A stretch of DNA of 64,000 bases from an uncultured Planctomycetaceae bacterium (GTDB lineage: Bacteria; Planctomycetota; Planctomycetia; Pirellulales; PALSA-1355): the NCBI GenBank assembly GCA_963785305.1, contig CAWAUV010000002.1, positions 160,001 to 224,000 on the forward strand. Direction: 5' to 3'. The notes beneath the pieces were generated by a model. It saw nothing but the letters and a program-made list of their open reading frames with translations, had not been told where the DNA came from and searched no databases. Position 1 is the first letter of the stretch. Every line of letters starts with the position of its first letter. The position numbers were made by a program, and so were the translations under genes. Of this stretch, positions 16,288-27,057 are shown one piece after another.

Positions 16288-17094
16288 ATGAAACGCATTT
16301 TGGTTGTCGAAGACGAAGAGCATCTGGCCATCGGCATCAAATACAATCTTGAAGCCGAAGGCTACGATGTCGATACCGTGGGCGATGGCCGGGCGGCGAT
16401 CGAACGTTTTAATTCCGATCCCCAAGGCTTCGATCTCGTGATCCTCGACCTGATGCTGCCCGGCATGAGCGGCTACGCCGTGTGCGAAACCCTGCGCAAC
16501 GAAGGCAAGCAAGCGCCGATCCTAATGCTCAGCGCCCGCACCTTGGTCGAAGATCGGATTCGCGGCTACGATGTGGGCGCCGATCAGTATCTGCAGAAGC
16601 CGTTCGAGCTCGACGAGCTCTTGAGCATGACGCGCAACCTACTCTCGCGCCGGGCGCTCGCGCCGGCCGCGCCGGTCGTTTCCGCCGTCGGGCCCGAATA
16701 CGCGTTCGGCCGAGCCATCGTCAATTTCGATACCTTCGAAGTCTCGGTGGCCGACCGGTCGCTGCGGCTCACGCACACCGAAATCAAGCTGCTGCGATAT
16801 TTCGTCGAAAACGAAGGGGTGGTTGTCACCCGGGCCCAATTGTTGGAAAACGTGTGGGGCATGAGCCACATTCCCACGACCCGCACAGTGGACAATTTTA
16901 TCGTCAACCTGCGCAAATATTTCGAGATCGACCCGGCCCGGCCACGACATTTCCTGAGCGTGCGCGGGGCCGGCTATCGGTTTATCGCCAGCCCGGTCGA
17001 GGCCGAGTCGGTGGAATCCGGCGCCGCGAGCGCCGAGGAGCCGCTTGGCAATGCGCCCCCCGGCGGTGAATCACCCTCCAAGGAGAATGGATGA
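16288..17094 (+). CDS. OmpR-family response regulator
   Basis: ILVVEDE, LDLMLP, KPF, SVRGAGYRF. Confidence 0.95.
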   Translation: MKRILVVEDEEHLAIGIKYNLEAEGYDVDTVGDGRAAIERFNSDPQGFDLVILDLMLPGMSGYAVCETLRNEGKQAPILMLSARTLVEDRIRGYDVGADQYLQKPFELDELLSMTRNLLSRRALAPAAPVVSAVGPEYAFGRAIVNFDTFEVSVADRSLRLTHTEIKLLRYFVENEGVVVTRAQLLENVWGMSHIPTTRTVDNFIVNLRKYFEIDPARPRHFLSVRGAGYRFIASPVEAESVESGAASAEEPLGNAPPGGESPSKENG

Positions 17095-17745
17095 ACGTAT
17101 CGGTATCCGATGACTCGCTCGCCGCGGCGCTCGAGCGACATGGCGTCGAACTCGAAGTCGGCCAGCGAGACAATCTCCAGCGCTACTGCGAAGCGCTCTG
17201 GGACTGGAACACCAAGCTCAACCTCACCCGGCACACCGACTACGAAAAATTCGTGGCTCGCGATGTGATCGACTGCGTGCAGCTCGAACGGCTGCTCGAC
17301 GCGGGCGAGCGCGTGATCGATGTGGGCTCCGGCGGCGGGGCGCCGGGCGCGGTGCTCGCGATTTTGCGACCCGATTTGGAGGTGTCGCTCACCGAGTCGA
17401 TGGCCAAGAAGGCCAAAGCGCTCGAAGCGATCGTGCGGGCGGCGGCCATTGAAGCCACGGTGCATCACGCCCGAGCCGAGACGCTGCTCGAAGCGGGAGA
17501 ATACGACACCGTGGTGGCGCGAGCCGTGGCCCCGCTTTCGAAGCTGCTCACCTGGTTCGCGCCCCACTGGGATTCGTTCCAGCGGCTCTTGGTCTTCAAA
17601 GGACCGGCTTGGGTCGAGGAACGCCGACTTGCGCGAGGCCGGGCTCATGCGCGGGCTGAAGCTTCGCAAGGCGGCAACCTATCCGCTGGCCGGTTCCGAC
17701 GCCGAAAGCGTGATCTTGTGCATCGAGCGGCAAGACGGCGATTGA
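17091..17745 (+). CDS. rsmG: 16S rRNA m7G527 methyltransferase (frameshift near 3' end)
   Basis: WNTKLNLT, DVGSGGGAPG, VVARAV, FKG. Confidence 0.9.
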
Positions 17746-17787
17746 GCCTTCTGGGCGGGGCCTCGAAGATATCAATTCGCCCGAAAC

Positions 17788-19377
17788 TCAACCTTCGCCA
17801 GGGGCGACCAATCCGCCGGTGAAATCCTCGTCGTGGGCGGCGTGGCCGGCGAGCACATCGGCTTGGTAACCGCCCTTGGACTTGAAGTAGCCGAGCAGCA
17901 TCAGATAGCACACGAACATGATGCAGGGCAAAATCGCCACATAAGCCAGCGCCTGCTTCTTCGAGCCGTCTTGAATGCCGGTGACGATTTCTTGATCCGC
18001 TTTCGGTAGCTCTTTGAGCTTGGCGTCGTCGACGGAAGCGTACTCGCCGAACAGACCGTTTTTCTCCGCGATCACCTGCTCGCAAATCTTGGGATCTTGC
18101 TGCTTAAGGTCGCGCACCGAGATGTGATCTTGCAGGTTGCCCAAGAACACGGAGCCGATCACGCCCACGCCGAGCATGCCGACGCCGGCGATCGCGTTCA
18201 GGGTGAGGGCGCCGCCTTTGGGAAACTGCTCGGCCACGACTCCAAGCGTCGTGGGCCAGAAGAATGTCTTGCCGAAGCCGTAGAGCGTGGCGGCGGCGAG
18301 AATCATCGCGCCCTCGGCCTTGGACAGCGATAAGAGTCCCGCCGCGGCAACCAGGGCGCTGACGGCCAATAGCCCCAGCGGCGAAATCTTATGCACGATC
18401 GAGCCCGCGCAGAATCGCAGGATCATCATGATGGTCGAGGTATAAATCAGCACCCAGCCGGCGTCGTGTCCCAGGGCTTCCATGGCCGGCTTCATGAGAT
18501 CCGTCATCCAGCTATCGGTGCCGAGCTCCGTGGTGGCCAGCGGAATCATTACCAGCATCAAGAAAATAAACATCGGCCGGCCCAGCGAGAGCGTGTAAAG
18601 ACCGAAGCCGAGCGTGCATGTCGCCAATGATCGCGCCCGGAAGTAGGGCGAAATCAGCAGGTTTTGCAGCAAGGGACTGCTGGAGTGCTCAAGATCGAGC
18701 ATGCCATGGGCCACGCGAGTCGCTTCCATCACGACCAGCCCGCTCACGATGAGCGCCCCGACCGCGCCAAACTCGCGAAGCATGTCCTTGTAGCTCACGC
18801 CCGCCGCCACGCGCTCGTTCACCGGGAAGCGGCAGCCAAGCATCAACAGCCCATAGCCAATGACCGGAATCAGAATCAACGCGACCTTATACTGCCAGAT
18901 CGCCGCATCGCCCCACACTCGGGTCATGCCGATCGTCAGCAGGCCGCCGAGCACCAAGCCGCCGGGCCATGCGGCATGCAGAATATTGAGCCACTTGGTC
19001 TTCTCTTTGGGAAAGAGCGTGGCGGTCACGGGATTGATCACCGCTTCGACCGTGCCGTTGCCCAACGCCACGATCACATTGCCGATGTAAAGCCCGGTGT
19101 AGCCCTTGGCCGTGATGGTGACGATCGCCGACGCAACGTGGCAGATAAACGCGAACACCATCGCCTTGCCGTAGCCGATGCGGTCGATCACGAGGCTGAA
19201 CAGCACGATGCTGATGGCGAACGGCCAGAGCCCGGCGCCAAAGATTTCGCCCTTTTGGGTGGAGCTCAAATTGAATTCCGTGGCCCATTGGTCGATGACC
19301 ATGCCACGGATCGTAAAACCAAACGCCGTGGCGATCAACGACAGCCAGCAGGCCCAAAACAATCTGCGCTCGTTCAT
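17788..19377 (-). CDS. MFS transporter
   Basis: Many TM segments, DRIGYG motif. Confidence 0.9.
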   Translation of the reverse strand: MNERRLFWACWLSLIATAFGFTIRGMVIDQWATEFNLSSTQKGEIFGAGLWPFAISIVLFSLVIDRIGYGKAMVFAFICHVASAIVTITAKGYTGLYIGNVIVALGNGTVEAVINPVTATLFPKEKTKWLNILHAAWPGGLVLGGLLTIGMTRVWGDAAIWQYKVALILIPVIGYGLLMLGCRFPVNERVAAGVSYKDMLREFGAVGALIVSGLVVMEATRVAHGMLDLEHSSSPLLQNLLISPYFRARSLATCTLGFGLYTLSLGRPMFIFLMLVMIPLATTELGTDSWMTDLMKPAMEALGHDAGWVLIYTSTIMMILRFCAGSIVHKISPLGLLAVSALVAAAGLLSLSKAEGAMILAAATLYGFGKTFFWPTTLGVVAEQFPKGGALTLNAIAGVGMLGVGVIGSVFLGNLQDHISVRDLKQQDPKICEQVIAEKNGLFGEYASVDDAKLKELPKADQEIVTGIQDGSKKQALAYVAILPCIMFVCYLMLLGYFKSKGGYQADVLAGHAAHDEDFTGGLVAPGEG

Positions 19378-19737
19378 GGAAGTTATCCGCCTTGTTGACT
19401 CTCGTTGGTGGGTATTGGGGAGCTGCGCGGCGCGAGGCCCGGTTCGAATCGCTTCCTACAGTGCTTGCCGCCGCTCGCGAAGGCAAGTCGCTCGCAGCGC
19501 CCGGGCCGTGAGAAGCATCGAGTATACAAGTGAAAACCGCGAAGTAAACGGAGCGAATCCGGCGAAGTCTGGTAAATCGCCGAATTCGCGCGAAGCCGCC
19601 CTCGCGCCGACGGAAAATCGAGCACGGTTTTCCAGCGAGAGCGTCGCGCGTTCGCGACGCGTTGTTCACGAATTTCGCGCCGTGAATCGGCCGCTGGACT
19701 TGCCTTGGCGCCGCGCGAGCCATATGCTTTCAGAGAC

Positions 19738-20088
19738 ATGAAGACCAAGCCCGCCAACGCGACCGATCTCGCTTTTCGCGCCTTTTCCGATTGGAACCGG
19801 CTGCGGATCGTGAATTTGCTGCGTGGCGGGGAGCTGTGCGTGTGCGATCTGGTCGATGTGCTCGGATTGCCGCAGCCGGTGGCGTCGAAGCATCTGGCCT
19901 ATCTCCGCCGAGCCAAGCTCGTGGCCAGCCGCCGCGAGGGACTCTGGGTCTATTATCAACTGGCGCCCGCGCGGCTCGAATTTCATCAGAAGCTCTTTGA
20001 AGCCGTGGCGGCCAGCGCCTCGCAAGCCCCGCAATTGGCAAACGACCTGAAGCGTTTGGCCACTCGGGGCAAAAGCTGCTGCGATTGA
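19738..20088 (+). CDS. arsR: ArsR/SmtB repressor
   Basis: ELCVCDL, SKHLAYLR, C-terminal CC. Confidence 0.9.
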   Translation: MKTKPANATDLAFRAFSDWNRLRIVNLLRGGELCVCDLVDVLGLPQPVASKHLAYLRRAKLVASRREGLWVYYQLAPARLEFHQKLFEAVAASASQAPQLANDLKRLATRGKSCCD

Positions 20089-20149
20089 TTTCGCCGGTTC
20101 CGCGTTACGCGATTTCGTCGCGAAAAATACATTCCTCTGAAAGCATGCA

Positions 20150-20521
20150 ATGAGAGTGCTATTCGTCTGCGTGGAAAATTCGAATCGCAGCCAAATGGCC
20201 CAGGCCTTTGCCCTTCGGCTCGGCGCCGAAGCCCATAGCGCCGGATCGCGGCCCTTGGGCGCGATCAATCCCCGCGCGATCGCGGCGATGCGCGAACTCG
20301 GCCACGACCTCACGACGCATCGTTCCAAGTCGATCGCCGAATTGCCGCCGGGGCCGTTCGATGCCGTGGTGACGATGGGCTGCGGCGACGCATGTCCTCA
20401 AGTGCAAGCCGCGCGGCGCGAGGACTGGGAGATTCCCGACCCGCGGGAGATGTCTCCGGAGCGGTTCCGCGAGGTGCGAGATTTGATCGAAGCCAAAGTC
20501 AAAAAACTCTTAGAAGGATGA
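20150..20521 (+). CDS. arsC: LMW-PTPase-fold arsenate reductase
   Basis: [23 protein letters not shown]. Confidence 0.85.
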   Translation: MRVLFVCVENSNRSQMAQAFALRLGAEAHSAGSRPLGAINPRAIAAMRELGHDLTTHRSKSIAELPPGPFDAVVTMGCGDACPQVQAARREDWEIPDPREMSPERFREVRDLIEAKVKKLLEG

Positions 20522-21366
20522 CGCCCATGTCGATCGAAGAAACCGTTCGTTCCAAATACGCCGAAGTGGCTCGCGAAGGGCTTTCCAGCAACGACGCCGG
20601 GGTGCGGGCCGTGGCCGAGGCGTTTGGTTATAGCGCCGATGAATTGCAGTCGATTCCGGCCGAGGCCAACATGGGACTTTCGTGCGGAAATCCCACGGCA
20701 TTCGCCAGTCTGCGCGAAGGCGAGACCGTGGTCGACCTTGGCTCGGGCGGCGGCCTCGATGTGTTTCTCGCCGCGGCCAAAGTCGGCCCCGCCGGCCGGG
20801 CGATCGGCATCGACATGACGCCCGACATGTTGGCGCTCGCCCGCGCGAACGCCGCTCGCGCCGGGCTCGCGAATGTCGCATTCCATCAGGCCACGATCGA
20901 CGACTTGCCGCTAGCCGATGGCTCGGTCGATTGCGTGATCAGCAATTGCGTCATCAATCTCGCGCCCGACAAGCCGGCGGTTTTTCGCGAGATTGCCCGG
21001 GTGCTCAAGTCGGGCGGGCGGCTCGCGGTGAGCGATATCGCCCTCAAGCGGCCGCTGCCCGCGGAAATCGCCCAAGATATCATGGCCTATGTCGGCTGCA
21101 TCGCCGGCGCGATTTCACTCGACGATTATCGCTCGGGTCTCGCCGCGGCGGGCTTCCGCGACATTGTCCTCCTCGAAACCGGCGCCGACCTGAATGCCTA
21201 TGCCAAAGTCGAGGGGCAGGGCGGATGCTGTCCGCCCGAGATGTCGGGCCTGCCGATGGTGTCATGCGGCGATGGCGGCCTGCACGAGCGACTCGCCAAC
21301 CTGCTCGCGCGCTACAATGTGAACGACTACGCGGCCAGCGTGAAGGTCTACGCGGTCAAACCATGA
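20518..21366 (+). CDS. arsM: Arsenite methyltransferase
   Basis: [30 protein letters not shown]. Confidence 0.9.
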   Translation: MTPMSIEETVRSKYAEVAREGLSSNDAGVRAVAEAFGYSADELQSIPAEANMGLSCGNPTAFASLREGETVVDLGSGGGLDVFLAAAKVGPAGRAIGIDMTPDMLALARANAARAGLANVAFHQATIDDLPLADGSVDCVISNCVINLAPDKPAVFREIARVLKSGGRLAVSDIALKRPLPAEIAQDIMAYVGCIAGAISLDDYRSGLAAAGFRDIVLLETGADLNAYAKVEGQGGCCPPEMSGLPMVSCGDGGLHERLANLLARYNVNDYAASVKVYAVKP

Positions 21367-21412
21367 GGGGCGCCGATGCCCGCGGGACGGGGCGCCTTAC
21401 CGAGCGCGCCGC

Positions 21413-21841
21413 TCATCCGAGGCCGAGCGTCATGCCGAGCGCCAACAGCGCGAGCACGACCAGCGCCGTGAGGGCGAAGCGGCGGTCGCCCCAGGCGAGC
21501 CAGCCCACGGCGAGCACCGCCACCCGTAGCACCGGAGTGCAGATCAGGGCCAAGATGCCCAGATCCAATAGGGCCTCGCTCGAGCCCGAAATCGCTCCCC
21601 GCGCGAGCTTCGCCAAACCGCCGGGCAGACCCGCGGCGGCGTGCTCGTCGCGCCCAAGAGACAGTGCGAGGCCGGCGATAAGCAGCATGGTGCTAATCGC
21701 GAGGCCCAAGAGCAATGTCCAGTGAACCAAGTGTTCGAGCGATCGCATTTCCGGGTCGGCCGACGGACGCGTGTCCGATGCCGGGCCGGGAGCCGAATCT
21801 TGCGATGAATTTCGCGGCGCATTGGCATCCATGCGAATCAC
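21413..21841 (-). CDS. DUF1634-like membrane protein
   Basis: LGILALICTPVLRV; typical partner of TauE. Confidence 0.75.
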   Translation of the reverse strand: MIRMDANAPRNSSQDSAPGPASDTRPSADPEMRSLEHLVHWTLLLGLAISTMLLIAGLALSLGRDEHAAAGLPGGLAKLARGAISGSSEALLDLGILALICTPVLRVAVLAVGWLAWGDRRFALTALVVLALLALGMTLGLG

Positions 21842-22726
21842 GCTCCGCCGCGCACGGCGCGGATCATCATTTCAATCGACACCATCACGAGCAAGGTGGC
21901 AAACAGCCGCTGGACGAAGCGGTCTTGCACCTTGCGATTGACCAACGAGCCCAGGGCCGAGCCAATGAGCACTCCCAACACGACAATCGCCGTGACTTCC
22001 GCCCGCACTTCGCCGCGGCCGTAGTACAAGGTAGCGCTGGCGGCGGCCGTCACTCCGATCATGAAGTTCGAAGTCGCCGCCGCCACTTTCATGGGCACTC
22101 CGCAGGCCAGATGCATCGCCGGAGCTTTGAACACCCCGCCGCCGATGCCTAACAGGCCCGAGAGATTGCCGGCCAGAAACGAAATCGCCATGCCGGCCCA
22201 AAGCCGGACAACGCGATAAGCGATCCATTGCCCGGCGGCTTCGTCGAAATACACGGCGCCCAGCGCCCCAGCGCCCGAGCGCCGCGGGCGATGGCGGCGC
22301 GATCGCGGGGGGAGCCCCGGCCGCGGGCGGCGCCGTGGCGCCCGCGGCATGCGCATTTCCGCGGCGAAACATCAAATACGCGGTCGGCAGGAGCACCACG
22401 GCGAAACAGCCTTCGAGCGCCCGGGCCGAGAACCAAGCCGCGCTAAAGGCGCCGGAGATCGCGCCCACGGTGGTGGCCATTTCAAGCGTCATGCCCAGGC
22501 GCATGTTGGCGGTGCCGCGTTCGACATTGGTGCTGGCCACGGCGCTCGAGGTCGCGATCACGCTCACAATGCTCGTGGCGACGGCATAGTGCATCGGCAT
22601 GCCGAGCCCCAGGACAAGCACCGGAATCAGAAACACTCCGCCGCCCGTGCCCAACATGGCCCCGACCAGACCGGTCAGGGCGCCGGCCAACAAGACAATC
22701 GGCGCATTGTCCAACGTGACAAACAT
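21838..22726 (-). CDS. TauE/SafE sulfite exporter family (frameshifted)
   Basis: GTGGGVFLIP and GIGGGVFKAP, ATSNFMIG. Confidence 0.85.
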
Positions 22727-22735
22727 GGCCCGATC

Positions 22736-24109
22736 TTAGGGAGACCCGATTCCGCCGGCAAGTCTGGCTTTCGCTCCAGGAGCGAGCAGCTCGCGTATTG
22801 CGTCGATCAGCGGCCCGTAGCCCTCGGCCAGTGAAACGGTTTGACTTTGCGCGGTCGCCAGATTCTTGAGTTGCACGTTCCGAGCCGCGAATTCGTTTTC
22901 GCCCGCGACCAGCGCCACGCGAAACCCGCGACGGTCGGCGTATTTGAGTTGCTGCCCCAGCTTTTTCGGCTCGGGATAGAGCTCGACGCCGAGCCCGGCG
23001 GCGCGCAGGGCGGCGGCCATTTGCAAATAATCATGCAGCCGCGCGGAATCGAAATAAGCGATAAACACCGGCGCCGTTGTGGCGATTTTTTCGAGTTGGC
23101 CGAGCTCCTCGAGCGCCGCGAGCAGCCGATCGAGCCCAAGCGAGGCGCCGATGCCCGGCAACTGCTGCGAAGTGTAGAGCTCGGCCAGATTATCGTAGCG
23201 CCCCCCGGAGCACACGCTGCCGATGCCCGGCAAGTCGTCGAGAAATGTTTCGAAGATCGTGCCGGTGTAATAGTCGAGCCCGCGCGCGACGGCCGGGGCA
23301 ATGTGAATTCGCTCGTCGGGCACTCCGGCCGCCTGGACCGCCGCGACGATCTCGCGAAGCCGGGCCACGCCGGCTTCGCCCGGCTCGCTACCGGTCACGA
23401 GCCGATCGAGCTGGGCGAGCACCGCGGCATGTTCGCCCGAGACCGACGCCAAGTCGAGCACTCGGGCGGCCTGTTCGGGGGTGGCGCCGGCAACGTCGAT
23501 CATTTCGGCGGCGACCGCTTCGGGACCGATCTTGGCGAGCTTGTCGAGCGCGCGCAGCACCGATGTGGCCCGATCGCCCAGGCCGAGCTTGGCCAAGAGT
23601 CCGGTGAGCACTTGACGATTGTTGATATGAATGGTGAATCGTTCGAGGCCCAGGGCGAGCAACAAGTCATGGATCACGAGCGCGGTTTCGATATCGGCGG
23701 CGACCGAAAGGGAGCCGATGGTGTCGAAATCGCACTGCATGAACTCGCGATAGCGGCCGCGCTGCGTGTTTTCGCCGCGCCAGACGCTCGCAATGTGATA
23801 GCGCTTGAACGGAGTGCCCAGTTCGGCGATATGCTGCGCCGCGAAGCGGGCCAGCGGCACGGTCAGATCGAACCGCAAGCCCACGTCGCGGTCGCCGTGA
23901 TCCTTGAACTTGTAAAGCTGCTTGTCGGTCTCGTCGCCGCCTTTGCCGGTGAGAATTTCGAGATACTCGAGCGCCGGAGTGTCGATCGGGCAGAAGCCGT
24001 AGGAGCGGTAAACTCGCCGAGCGGTTTCCATGAGCCATTCGCGCGGAATCATGGCCGCGGGCAAGTAGTCGCGAAAGCCCTTGAGGGTGCGAGGTTCGAT
24101 GCGCTGCAC
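22736..24109 (-). CDS. hisS: Histidine-tRNA ligase
   Basis: KGFRDYLP, LRFDLTVP, GRYREFMQCD, RGLDYYTG, GGRYD; start approximate. Confidence 0.95.
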   Translation of the reverse strand: MQRIEPRTLKGFRDYLPAAMIPREWLMETARRVYRSYGFCPIDTPALEYLEILTGKGGDETDKQLYKFKDHGDRDVGLRFDLTVPLARFAAQHIAELGTPFKRYHIASVWRGENTQRGRYREFMQCDFDTIGSLSVAADIETALVIHDLLLALGLERFTIHINNRQVLTGLLAKLGLGDRATSVLRALDKLAKIGPEAVAAEMIDVAGATPEQAARVLDLASVSGEHAAVLAQLDRLVTGSEPGEAGVARLREIVAAVQAAGVPDERIHIAPAVARGLDYYTGTIFETFLDDLPGIGSVCSGGRYDNLAELYTSQQLPGIGASLGLDRLLAALEELGQLEKIATTAPVFIAYFDSARLHDYLQMAAALRAAGLGVELYPEPKKLGQQLKYADRRGFRVALVAGENEFAARNVQLKNLATAQSQTVSLAEGYGPLIDAIRELLAPGAKARLAGGIGSP

Positions 24110-24253
24110 GAAATGTCTCAACAACGCCGGCGAAGGCGCCGCTGCTCCAGGTAAATAATGAATCGCCGGTCGAAGCGGCGCGAATGAAACCACGACGCGA
24201 TTTTCAGCAAACGAACTCGAGCGGGCCTCCCGCTCGGACCACCGGGCCGCGAA

Positions 24254-24700
24254 TCAGTTCATGATCGGCAGGAGCGGCGGCCGGGGGCCGCGGATGCCTT
24301 GCCCTTCGTCGCGCGGCAGGATCGCTTCCATGTACTCCGCCACTTGTTCCGGGGTTTCGAGATACTGGTCGTAGCAACTGTCGTCGTCGTACTCGCAGCC
24401 GTCGGTCGTGTATTCACGGCAAATCTTGGGGCGGGTCTCGTAGATGCCGCAGCGATTGTCGTCTCGCAGCTTGCGGCAGTTCGTGTGCACGACCAGATAC
24501 CAGGTTTCGCCTTCCTTGAAGACGGCGGCGGCTTCGTGCAGCACATACCAGCGGACGAATTCCCAGTCGTCGAAATTCGTCGGCGCCTCGATCGGCAAGG
24601 CAAAATACCGGCAACACTTCGCGGTGCAATAACTGCAAAGCACTTCGCCCTTGGGCAAATCCTCGCGCTTCAGACGCGGCGCCAATCCCACGCTTGCCAT
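24254..24700 (-). CDS. YkgJ-family cysteine cluster protein
   Basis: CSYCTAKCC ... CGIYETRPKICR. Confidence 0.85.
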   Translation of the reverse strand: MASVGLAPRLKREDLPKGEVLCSYCTAKCCRYFALPIEAPTNFDDWEFVRWYVLHEAAAVFKEGETWYLVVHTNCRKLRDDNRCGIYETRPKICREYTTDGCEYDDDSCYDQYLETPEQVAEYMEAILPRDEGQGIRGPRPPLLPIMN

Positions 24701-24872
24701 GATTCGACCTGTTCTTGGTTCTCGCGCAACACGCAGCGAACAACTTAACACGTCGGCCACCGTCTCGCCATAGGGAGCCGAATTGGCGCCAATGTCGCGG
24801 ACGCCGGCGATGGCCAAGCCGCCCGACGAAAATGCGCGCGGCCAAAATCGTGCGCGAGCGGAACACCGCCCT

Positions 24873-26279
24873 TTAGCGCCAGACCGTGCCGCCGTTGGCC
24901 AAGCGGCCGTCGGCCGGCGCGAGCTCGGCGGTGGCGGGGTTCGGGGCGCGGCTCCATTCCAATATGATCTGGCGAGACTGCTGCACGGGCTGCGGCCGCG
25001 TGGCCTGATGGCTTGTCTGGTCCGATGTGGCGGACGTAGCCACCGGGTCGGGCGCGGCCGGAGTGCGCGGCGCGGCCGCGACATTCGCGGCGCCCTTCGC
25101 GGGGGAGGTTCCGCTCGCGCTCGCGGGGGCGCTACCGCCGGCCGGTTCATACGACGCATAATCGCGGCGTGGCGAGTGCCAGCCAGCTTCGCCAGCCGCC
25201 ACGCTCGCTCCCTCGCGAGTCATCCCGTCGCGAGGCGCCGCGCTGGCCAGAGAGGCGCTCGCTCCCGCGGTCGGCAGTGGAGCAATTTGAGCGCGATAGA
25301 TCGACGCGGCCACGCTGCTTGGCGCGGGAGCGGTTCCCGAGGGCCCGGATGGCGCTGGCATGGCTACCGATGAGGGCCGGGGCGCCGGCGCGGGCCGAGC
25401 TGCTGGCGAGGGAATCGCTGCCGCGAGTGCTTCGGGCGACGCTTGTTCCTGAGTCGGGCTGCCCTGGCGAACCCATTCGAGCCAAGTATTTTGCAACACG
25501 CCCAGGTTGGCCACCGTGTAGTGTTGGGCCACGGCCCGGGTCCAGTTGTCGTCGCGCATGCCATCGGCCAAGAAGGCGAGGAATTTTTGCCGGCCGCCTT
25601 GGGCGATCAGATACCGGGCCAGCGAATAGCCTTGCGAATACAGTGGCATCACATCGCGCGGATACTCTTTCATCACGAACATTCGGCTGAAAGGAATACC
25701 GCGATTCGTGCGTAGGAAGTCGACCAGCATGATCTGCTGCTTGGTCTTTTCGCTCGCATGCTCGACCGTGGTGCAAGCGCCCTCGTCGGCCCAGCGCGGC
25801 AGCGGGCGGCGGAAATGCGTCGCGAAGATCGTGTGCGTGATTTCGTGCGGGAGCACCGAATCGAGCACGCGTTCGAGCGAGCCCTGAATCGTCATCTGCC
25901 AGCCATAGACTTCGCCATGTTCGAAGAGAAAGCTTGTTGCCCCGCCGGCGCCGAGATGCGGCGCCACTTGGGCTTCGATCGGGCAAGGCGCCGACCAATT
26001 GGGCATCGGGCTGCCGAGCCACAAAATCGCTAGGTCGCGGCGATAGCCTTCGGCCGCGCTCGTGATCTGGGCCGCCATTTCGGGAGTCGGCGCGGTGACG
26101 ATGAAATTGGCGCTCCGTTGGCTCGCGCCCATCGAAGCCGCGGCAACGAACAAAATGGCAATGCGATAAAAGCCCCGCGAACCGAGACTGCGCTTTGCTC
26201 GTCGCTCGGCGAAATTGATCAACGTGAGCTTCCATGCTCCTGGGTCCCCTCCCTGGTTTGGATCGGCTACAAGCGCCAC
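24873..26279 (-). CDS. Secreted HExxH metallopeptidase-like protein with low-complexity tail (start uncertain)
   Basis: PHEITH ... PRWADEG. Confidence 0.7.
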   Translation of the reverse strand: MALVADPNQGGDPGAWKLTLINFAERRAKRSLGSRGFYRIAILFVAAASMGASQRSANFIVTAPTPEMAAQITSAAEGYRRDLAILWLGSPMPNWSAPCPIEAQVAPHLGAGGATSFLFEHGEVYGWQMTIQGSLERVLDSVLPHEITHTIFATHFRRPLPRWADEGACTTVEHASEKTKQQIMLVDFLRTNRGIPFSRMFVMKEYPRDVMPLYSQGYSLARYLIAQGGRQKFLAFLADGMRDDNWTRAVAQHYTVANLGVLQNTWLEWVRQGSPTQEQASPEALAAAIPSPAARPAPAPRPSSVAMPAPSGPSGTAPAPSSVAASIYRAQIAPLPTAGASASLASAAPRDGMTREGASVAAGEAGWHSPRRDYASYEPAGGSAPASASGTSPAKGAANVAAAPRTPAAPDPVATSATSDQTSHQATRPQPVQQSRQIILEWSRAPNPATAELAPADGRLANGGTVWR

Positions 26280-26604
26280 TCACATCTTGTGAATAGCGCA
26301 AAACTCGCCAACTCGAATACGGCGAACTGCAAGCAGCGCGAAGGAGCGGCTCGGCCCGGTAGGCCTCGAATGCGGAATGTTCACGAGAGGCCGGAGAGAG
26401 CGTCGCACGCGCGAGGGGAAGATGATTCAAAGGGGGAAAAGCTGGCGGGCGGGCGCTCGACGATTCATTCTCTCGGGGTCAAGTGCTCCTTGGCACTGGC
26501 CGCAAAGCTTACAGAGCTTTCCCAAATGCCACTAGACTGAAATTATTGCCAGCCCGGCGAGCCGCTGGCGCCAGCGCTGCTAGTGGTGCGCGGGAGGTCT
26601 GAAA

Positions 26605-27057
26605 TCACTCGCGAGCCAGGAGCGCGAGCAACTGCAGGTTGGCTTCCGGAAACGGATAGTCGCCCAGCGAGCGCTTCGCCACCCAGCGAAATCGCGACGG
26701 AAGCTCGGCGCTCGGCGGCGCATCGCCCCGCGCTCGCGAATCGGCGAGCTCGCAGCGGAAGAAATGCAGTTCGAGTCGGCCGTGCGAATAGTCATGCACG
26801 ACAATCGGATACTCACTCGCCACCGCCACTTGCAAGCGCGTCTCTTCGAAACATTCGCGCGCCGCGGCCTCGGCCGGCGATTCGTCTGGTTGCAGCTTGC
26901 CGCCCGGAAATTCCCAGAGGCCCGCCAGCGGTGCGCCGGGCGGACGCAACCCGATCAGCACCCACTCGCCCGACACAACCACGGCCACCGCAATGCGAGT
27001 CGAAGCGAGTGAATCCGTATCCGGGGCCAGGGCATCGGGCGTCGCTCGCCGACTCAC
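26605..27057 (-). CDS. MutT-like Nudix hydrolase
   Basis: WEFPGGK ... AARECFEET; start may overlap upstream stop. Confidence 0.85.
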   Translation of the reverse strand: MSRRATPDALAPDTDSLASTRIAVAVVVSGEWVLIGLRPPGAPLAGLWEFPGGKLQPDESPAEAAARECFEETRLQVAVASEYPIVVHDYSHGRLELHFFRCELADSRARGDAPPSAELPSRFRWVAKRSLGDYPFPEANLQLLALLARE

